In this document: positions 21,298 through 26,727 of the stretch, in pieces
Position numbering within the stretch: the first letter of the stretch is position 1
How the letters are laid out: the number at the start of each line of letters is the position of its first letter
Origin: a virus
Taxonomy: Duplodnaviria; Heunggongvirae; Uroviricota; Caudoviricetes
Virus record (IMG/VR): IMGVR_UViG_2675903433_000037
Direction: 5' to 3' (one strand)
Length of the DNA: 26,727 nt
Notes under the pieces: model-generated
Seen by the model: the letters and a program-made list of their open reading frames with translations, nothing else
What the model was told of the DNA's origin: nothing
The model's database searches: none
Program-made: the position numbers and the translations under genes

Positions 21298-21596
21298 TAA
21301 AGTTGCGGGAGAGAAATGCCGCTAGTATTTTGTAATTAATTGAATGCTGACGGTTTAATGAGAAGTCAAGAACACTACTTGTACTATAATCGTTCGATGT
21401 TAGTGAGGGTTTGATGCAAAAAATGAAGTGATTGACCCTAAATTTGCGCGATCAGCGACAGATTGTACACCGAGATCCTGTGGGCTGGAATTTGCAGAGA
21501 AATACCGAAAATGATATCCAATATTGTTTTCAGTTCCTACATCATACCTGATAAGGGTATAATCATAAAAATTAGGATAATTCAAGTTATAATTGT

Positions 21597-22013
21597 ATGA
21601 ATAAAAACGACCTTGAAGCATTATCTGACACTAGGCTTAATGAGGCCAAATGCTTGCTTGATCATGGCTTTTTTCATGGTGCATATTATCTTTGTGGGTA
21701 TGCAGTTGAATGTGCATTGAAGGCCTGTATTGCCAAGTCATTTTTACAACATGAGTTTCCAAACAAAAAAGTCGTAAATGATTCATATACTCATGATTTG
21801 TCGCAACTTCTCAAAATTGCCAACTTACATCAAATTTTGATTGCTGACGCAAAAAATGATGTTTCGTTGGAGATTAACTGGTCGGTCGTTAAAGACTGGA
21901 GCGAGCAATTTAGATACGACAATAACATAAGTAAAGCTATGGCCGAACAATTGTTTGATGCTGTAGGTGACCAAAATTCTGGAGTTTTGAAATGGGTAAA
22001 AGCACACTGGTAA
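21597..22013 (+). CDS. HEPN-like domain protein, 138 aa
   Basis: 'AYYLCGYAVECALKACIAK', 'YTHDLSQLLKIA' and 'EQFRYDNN' resemble the PF05168-type HEPN helical signature. AT-rich gene. Confidence 0.6.
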   Translation: MNKNDLEALSDTRLNEAKCLLDHGFFHGAYYLCGYAVECALKACIAKSFLQHEFPNKKVVNDSYTHDLSQLLKIANLHQILIADAKNDVSLEINWSVVKDWSEQFRYDNNISKAMAEQLFDAVGDQNSGVLKWVKAHW

Positions 22014-22393
22014 TCGGCAGAGAGTTGACAAAAGATATGGAATTCTCAGGTCAATTTTTGTTAAAAAAACTCAAGTTACAGAATTTAACTATTGATGCTG
22101 CAATGTGGTTTTATTACCCAGATCTATCTTGGAGATATATTTTAGTTATCAGTGACTTCTCAGAACGTGGGCCGGCAGAAATATATAGAAAAATCAGTGA
22201 GATAAATAGAAATAGCATATCAAAAAAGTATAAGCCGATACCATTAGAAGCAATTGAGGCTAAGGGGGATTCAGCTTTTGTTTATAAAATGTTAAAAGGA
22301 TTTGCTAGAGTCAACGATGGTAAAGTTCGCGTTTCTAATTCTATGGTAAATGGTTTAGAAATCGTTGACTGTCTGATCTATGAGTTAAAATAA
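21992..22393 (+). CDS. Hypothetical 133-aa protein overlapping the HEPN-like gene by 22 nt
   Basis: ATG with a ggag RBS 7 nt upstream, inside the 3' end of the HEPN-like ORF. No nucleotidyltransferase motif seen. Confidence 0.5.
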   Translation: MGKSTLVIGRELTKDMEFSGQFLLKKLKLQNLTIDAAMWFYYPDLSWRYILVISDFSERGPAEIYRKISEINRNSISKKYKPIPLEAIEAKGDSAFVYKMLKGFARVNDGKVRVSNSMVNGLEIVDCLIYELK

Positions 22394-22486
22394 GAAATCT
22401 CTTGCTGGGTATCATTATTGTTTAAATGACTTTTGATTTTCAATAATCAACTTGTCATAATTAAGTCACCGGAGTTTGAACTCCTC

Positions 22487-22579
22487 CGGTGACTTCTGCG
22501 CTAAACGGGGACGTTTATGCGCACATACAATCTAAACTATCTTCTCCCGTCACAGATGCAGAAATGCACCTGCGATTTT
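22487..22579 (+). repeat. Direct repeat R2 (93 bp)
   Basis: Second copy of R1, preceded by a perfect 9-bp-stem hairpin (tcaccggag...ctccggtga). Confidence 0.8.
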
Positions 22580-22618
22580 CTTTATCCAGCGTTTGACCTC
22601 TGCGGAGGTGAAGCGTGA
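22517..22618 (+). CDS. ylcH: YlcH-like small protein, 33 aa
   Basis: gggga RBS; [21 protein letters not shown]...; stop overlaps the GTG start of ybcN. Confidence 0.45.
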   Translation: MRTYNLNYLLPSQMQKCTCDFLYPAFDLCGGEA

Positions 22619-23070
22619 ACCTCCCACAAGACGGCATCAAACTGCATCGCGGTAACTTCACCGCTATCGGTCAGCAGCTCCAGCCTTATTTGGAAGACGG
22701 CAAGTGCTTTCGCATGGTGCTTAAACCGTGGCGCGAGAGACACAGTCTTTCCCAGAATGCACTTAGCCACATGTGGTACAGCGAAATCAGTGAATACCTT
22801 ATCCGCAGGGGGAAATCGTTCGCTACCGCAGCATGGGTAAAAGATGCTCTCAAACACACATACCTCGGTTATGAAACCAAGGACCTGGTTGATGTCGTAA
22901 CCGGCGAAATCACTACTATCCAGTCGTTACGCCATACCTCCGATCTTGATACCGGAGAGATGTATGTCTTCCTGTGTAAGGTTGAAGCCTGGGCGATGAA
23001 TATTGGCTGCCACCTGACTATTCCGCAGAGCTGCGAGTTCCAGCTGCTGCGCGACAAGCAGGAGGCGTAA
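22615..23070 (+). CDS. ybcN: YbcN-like protein (DUF1367), 151 aa, GTG start
   Basis: Translation matches the recalled DLP12 YbcN sequence. Confidence 0.85.
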   Translation: MNLPQDGIKLHRGNFTAIGQQLQPYLEDGKCFRMVLKPWRERHSLSQNALSHMWYSEISEYLIRRGKSFATAAWVKDALKHTYLGYETKDLVDVVTGEITTIQSLRHTSDLDTGEMYVFLCKVEAWAMNIGCHLTIPQSCEFQLLRDKQEA

Positions 23071-23240
23071 TGGCTACACCGCTTATTCGTGTCATGAACG
23101 GACACATCTACAGAGTACCAAATCGTCGTAAGCGTAAGCCTGAGCTAAAACCATCCGAAATACCAACACTGCTCGGATATACCGCCAGCCTGGTTGATAA
23201 AAAATGGTTGCGACTGGCAGCAAGGAGGAATCATGGCTGA
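23070..23240 (+). CDS. ninE: NinE-like protein, 56 aa
   Basis: '[56 protein letters not shown]'; TAATG overlap with ybcN. Too short for the ORF track. Confidence 0.7.
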   Translation: MATPLIRVMNGHIYRVPNRRKRKPELKPSEIPTLLGYTASLVDKKWLRLAARRNHG

Positions 23241-23523
23241 TTTGAGAAAAGCAGCGCGTGGTCGCGAATGCCAGGTAAGAATCCCTGGCGTATGCAATGG
23301 CAACCCTGAAACGTCTGTACTGGCACATATCCGGCTGGCTGGACTGTGTGGCACCGGTATTAAACCGCCAGACCTTATTGCCACCATTGCCTGTTCTGCC
23401 TGTCACGACGAAATCGACCGCCGCACGCATTTTGTCGATGCTGAGTACGCAAAAGAATGCGCGCTGGAAGGTATGGCGAGAACGCAGGTTATCTGGCTGA
23501 AAGAGGGGGTAATCAAGGCGTGA
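23233..23523 (+). CDS. ybcO: YbcO-like protein (DUF1364), 96 aa
   Basis: '[35 protein letters not shown]...' matches recalled YbcO; aggagga RBS. Confidence 0.85.
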   Translation: MADLRKAARGRECQVRIPGVCNGNPETSVLAHIRLAGLCGTGIKPPDLIATIACSACHDEIDRRTHFVDAEYAKECALEGMARTQVIWLKEGVIKA

Positions 23524-23882
23524 ATACCTACAGCATCACATTACCCTGGCCTCCGAGCAATAATCGCTATTACCGCCATAATCGCGGGCGCACGCACGTC
23601 AGCGCAGAGGGGCAGGCATACCGCGATAACGTCGCCCGAATCATTAAAAACGCAATGCTGGATATCGGCTTGGCTATGCCTGTGAAAATCCGCATTGAGT
23701 GCCACATGCCGGATCGCCGTCGCCGTGACCTGGATAATCTGCAAAAAGCCGCTTTTGACGCACTCACTAAAGCAGGTTTCTGGCTGGATGATGCTCAGGT
23801 CGTTGATTACCGCGTTGTGAAGATGCCTGTTACCAAAGGTGGGAGGCTGGAACTGACCATCACCGAAATGGGGAATGAATGA
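23520..23882 (+). CDS. rusA: RusA Holliday-junction resolvase, 120 aa, GTG start
   Basis: '[47 protein letters not shown]...' matches recalled E. coli RusA; start overlaps the ybcO stop. Confidence 0.9.
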   Translation: MNTYSITLPWPPSNNRYYRHNRGRTHVSAEGQAYRDNVARIIKNAMLDIGLAMPVKIRIECHMPDRRRRDLDNLQKAAFDALTKAGFWLDDAQVVDYRVVKMPVTKGGRLELTITEMGNE

Positions 23883-24019
23883 TGTTTGAGTTTTATATGG
23901 CAGAACGTCTTCGCCACCGCTGGGGGCGTCTGCGCTTATATCGTTTCCCCGGTTCTGTTTTGACCGATTACCGAATACTGAAGAATTACGCCAAAACCCT
24001 GACAGGAGCAGGAGTATGA
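23879..24019 (+). CDS. ylcG: YlcG-like small protein, 46 aa
   Basis: '[46 protein letters not shown]'; overlaps the rusA stop. Confidence 0.6.
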   Translation: MMFEFYMAERLRHRWGRLRLYRFPGSVLTDYRILKNYAKTLTGAGV

Positions 24020-24104
24020 AGTCAGAGATAACAATCAACTAATACTGTTTCGTTGATTTTTGCTTGTAATTGGCGTTCTGGTCTGATTTTTGTGGAGTAA
24101 GTTG

Positions 24105-24488
24105 ATGCGTGATATTCAGATGGTTCTTGAGCGTTGGGGAGCGTGGGCGGCTAATAATCATGAAGATGTGACCTGGTCGTCCATTGCCGCCGGTTTTAAG
24201 GGATTAATTACTTCAAAAGTAAAATCTCGCCCGCAATGTTGTGACGATGACGCGATGATCATTTGCGGGTGCATGGCCCGTCTGAAAAAGAACAACAGCG
24301 ATTTGCACGATTTATTAGTAGATTATTATGTAGTCGGTATGACATTCATGTCACTGGCAGGTAAGCATTGCTGCTCTGATGGTTATATCGGGAAAAGGTT
24401 ACAGAAGGCTGAGGGCATAATTGAAGGGATGTTAATGGCATTAGATATCCGGTTAGAGATGGATATCGTTGTTAATAACTCTAATTAA
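24105..24488 (+). CDS. quuD: Q-type late antiterminator (QuuD-like), 127 aa
   Basis: '[24 protein letters not shown]...' matches the recalled DLP12 QuuD / 21-82-type Q family; ggag RBS. Confidence 0.85.
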   Translation: MRDIQMVLERWGAWAANNHEDVTWSSIAAGFKGLITSKVKSRPQCCDDDAMIICGCMARLKKNNSDLHDLLVDYYVVGMTFMSLAGKHCCSDGYIGKRLQKAEGIIEGMLMALDIRLEMDIVVNNSN

Positions 24489-24676
24489 TATGCCAATTGT
24501 TTACTAAAAATTATTAAGAATGGGGCGTTGAAACGCCCCCAAAAATAAAGGGTAATATATAACAGAAGGTTTATATAGTTAGAAGCAAGGTTGTGCTTCT
24601 AAAGGAAGTGGCTTGAGGGAGCCACTTATATGTTGGGGAGGCAAAGCCTCCCACAACATATGTTTTAGTAATCAAA

Positions 24677-25759
24677 TTAGAACTGGTAAACCATACCTAC
24701 AGCAACGATATCATCGGTAGCAACGCCAGATGCTTTCGTGAAATCGCTCTTATCAATCAGGTTGATTTTGTAGTCAACAAAAGTGGACATATTTTTGTTG
24801 AAGTAATAGGTTGCACCTACATCAATATATTCAACCAGGTCCTGATCACCCCAAGCACCCAAGTCTTTCCCTTTAGATTGCAGATAAGCAACGGACGGAC
24901 GCAGACCGAAGTCGAACTGATATTGTGCAACTACTTCGAAGTTTTGTGCTTTGTTGGCAATATGGTTTTTACCAAAAACAGTCATGTTTTGGGTTTCAGA
25001 ATAGGTAGTAGCCAGATAGATGTTGTTCGCATCATATTTCAGACCAGCTGCCCATACTTCAGCATTTTGACCAGATGCATTCAGGCTGTTGTTACCGTAG
25101 ATAACCTGATTATTAGTGCGATCAGATTTAGCATAGGTTGCACCTACGCCGAAACCTTCATACTCATAAGTAGTGGAGAAACCGAAACCATCACCATTAG
25201 CTTGAGTTACGTCAGTACGGTCATTTTTACCCTGATACTGAGCAGCAAAGTTCAGACCATCAACCAGACCAAAGAAGTCATTGTTACGATAAGTTGCAAC
25301 ACCTGTGGTGCGACCAGTCATGAATACATCTGTTTGGGTCCAGGTATCGCCACCGAATTCTGGCAGAACGTCGGTCCATGCACCAATATCGTATGCTACA
25401 CCGTAGTTACGGCCATAATCGATGGAGCCGTAGTCACCGAATTTCAGGCCAGCGAAGGCAAGACGGGTTTTATCTTTGGAGGAACCTTGAGATTCAGCGC
25501 GGTTGCCTTTGAATTCATATTCCCACTGACCGAAACCAGTCAGTTGATCGTTGATTTGGGTTTCACCTTTGAAGCCAAGACGGGCATAAGTAGTATCACC
25601 ATCATCTGCATCATTAGAGGAGAAGTAGTGCTTAGCATTAACTTTCCCGTACAGATCCAGCTTGTTACTGTCTTTATTATAAATTTCAGCTGCCTGAGCA
25701 GACATCGCCATCAGTACTGATGCAGCTACAGCAGAAATTGCCACTGTTAATTTTTTCAT
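24677..25759 (-). CDS. nmpC: Prophage-encoded OmpC-family porin (NmpC/Lc-type), 360 aa
   Basis: Signal peptide [23 protein letters not shown] followed by '[17 protein letters not shown]...' and a C-terminal F; OmpC/OmpF-like porin, opposite strand between Q and S. Confidence 0.9.
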   Translation of the reverse strand: MKKLTVAISAVAASVLMAMSAQAAEIYNKDSNKLDLYGKVNAKHYFSSNDADDGDTTYARLGFKGETQINDQLTGFGQWEYEFKGNRAESQGSSKDKTRLAFAGLKFGDYGSIDYGRNYGVAYDIGAWTDVLPEFGGDTWTQTDVFMTGRTTGVATYRNNDFFGLVDGLNFAAQYQGKNDRTDVTQANGDGFGFSTTYEYEGFGVGATYAKSDRTNNQVIYGNNSLNASGQNAEVWAAGLKYDANNIYLATTYSETQNMTVFGKNHIANKAQNFEVVAQYQFDFGLRPSVAYLQSKGKDLGAWGDQDLVEYIDVGATYYFNKNMSTFVDYKINLIDKSDFTKASGVATDDIVAVGMVYQF

Positions 25760-26186
25760 CGTGAGCCCTTTTTTTTGAACTATTATTAAAAAATGATGTC
25801 ACTGCGCGATAAATATTCATCTAATCAATGTGATTATTTCAAGATGTAAGTTTTGGTTTCTCATTTGATTTGTGAAGTAGATCTCTATTTTTATCTGAAC
25901 TTTTTCTATCGAATCCTATTCATGGCTCTTGGCTGAATAAAAATAAATCTATTAGCCAATTTATATTAATGGCTGTTATTTATAAGTGCCCTATAATTTG
26001 AAGGTTCAATTTAAATCGGCTAAAAATAACGCTGGAAATTATTTGTTGGTTATTTGTTGAGATTTGTTTATGTATTTGTAGTGGTGTTTTCAATACTCGG
26101 TAGCATTCTCGCAAATATCATTTAGTGGTTTACGTACGTAAAAAATTGGTTATGCTGTTAAGAGTGGTTACTTCGTCACACAGCTT

Positions 26187-26219
26187 AAACCCGCCGTCGA
26201 GCGGGTTTTTCCATTTTTT
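26187..26219 (+). terminator. Rho-independent terminator upstream of the lysis genes (tR'-like)
   Basis: aaacccgc-cgtcga-gcgggttt followed by ttccatttttt. Confidence 0.6.
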
Positions 26220-26347
26220 GAGTCTCGATATTAGCTGATAACCCAATACCTGAGTTATTCACTGACTCCGAGTCTGTTACGTTTCTGCTTTTTTGCGATA
26301 CGTTGTATTCCCTCAATTTACACCCGCTTTGTCTGCGAGGTGGGGTT

Positions 26348-26563
26348 ATGAAATCCATGGATAAGTTAACAACGGGTGTCGCCTATGGCACCTCAGCAGG
26401 TAGTGCCGGTTACTGGTTTTTACAGCTGCTCGATAAAGTCACGCCCTCACAGTGGGCAGCAATAGGTGTGCTGGGTAGCCTGGTATTTGGCCTGCTGACG
26501 TACCTGACAAACCTTTATTTCAAGATTAAAGAAGATAAGCGCAAGGCTGCGAGAGGTGAATAA
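26348..26563 (+). CDS. Pinholin S (phage-21 S21-like) with dual-start motif, 71 aa
   Basis: '[31 protein letters not shown]...' with two transmembrane segments; the MKS...MDK dual start resembles S21. Stop overlaps the R start. Confidence 0.85.
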
Positions 26564-26727
26564 TGCCTCCATCATTACGAAAAGCCGTTGCAGCTGCTAT
26601 TGGTGGTGGGGCTGTTGCCATAGCGTCTGTGCTCATCACTGGTCCAGGTGGTAACGATGGTCTGGAAGGTGTCAGCTACATACCATACAAAGATATCGTT
26701 GGCGTATGGACTGTATGTCACGGACAC
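26563..26727 (+). CDS. SAR endolysin (R21-like lysozyme), N-terminal 55 aa, partial at the window edge
   Basis: '[55 protein letters not shown]' gives a Gly/Ala-rich signal-anchor-release domain. Confidence 0.85.
   Translation, partial: MPPSLRKAVAAAIGGGAVAIASVLITGPGGNDGLEGVSYIPYKDIVGVWTVCHGH

Noticed and set aside
21400-21621. 73-aa minus-strand ORF upstream of the HEPN-like gene
   Set aside because: AT-rich intergenic region, Tyr/Asn-rich low-complexity translation, no RBS; more likely promoter DNA for the HEPN-like operon.
24878-25720. 280-aa plus-strand ORF opposite the porin gene
   Set aside because: Antisense shadow of nmpC with low-complexity translation.

Overview
This window is an E. 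coli-type chromosomal segment: a complete gyrA (1-2628, wild-type QRDR), then yfaA and yfaT, followed from about 5.0 kb to the window end by a lambda-like prophage that continues beyond the window. The prophage runs int/xis, early-left accessory genes, the exo-bet-gam recombination module, a cI/cro-type immunity region with a YdaT-like gene at the cII position, replication genes O and P with ori iterons inside O, a ren/nin-region cargo island, ybcN-ninE-ybcO-rusA-ylcG, a Q antiterminator, an nmpC/Lc-type porin, and the start of an S21-type pinholin / SAR-endolysin lysis cassette. Two loci look like candidate undescribed defence or exclusion modules. The first is a two-gene pair in the rex position, co-directional with and directly downstream of the repressor gene: an 87-aa protein with a C-terminal ribbon-helix-helix-like motif and a 147-aa coiled-coil protein with a C-terminal membrane anchor, ending at a hairpin/U-run terminator. 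The second is an overlapping pair, a HEPN-like 138-aa protein plus an unrecognised 133-aa partner, sitting with a Bro-N antirepressor-like gene inside a cargo island bounded by 93-bp direct repeats, where ren is reduced to a 10-codon stub. The recombination region is also structurally unusual: three tandem partial copies of the orfX-orf63-orf60a-exo-bet module, one interrupted by an IS3-family element with no target-site duplication, and one junction creating an in-frame orfX::Bet fusion ORF. All calls rest on reading the sequence and recalled protein families; no database search was run. Coordinates taken from the ORF track include the stop codon, and hand-located hairpins and repeats may be off by a few bases.
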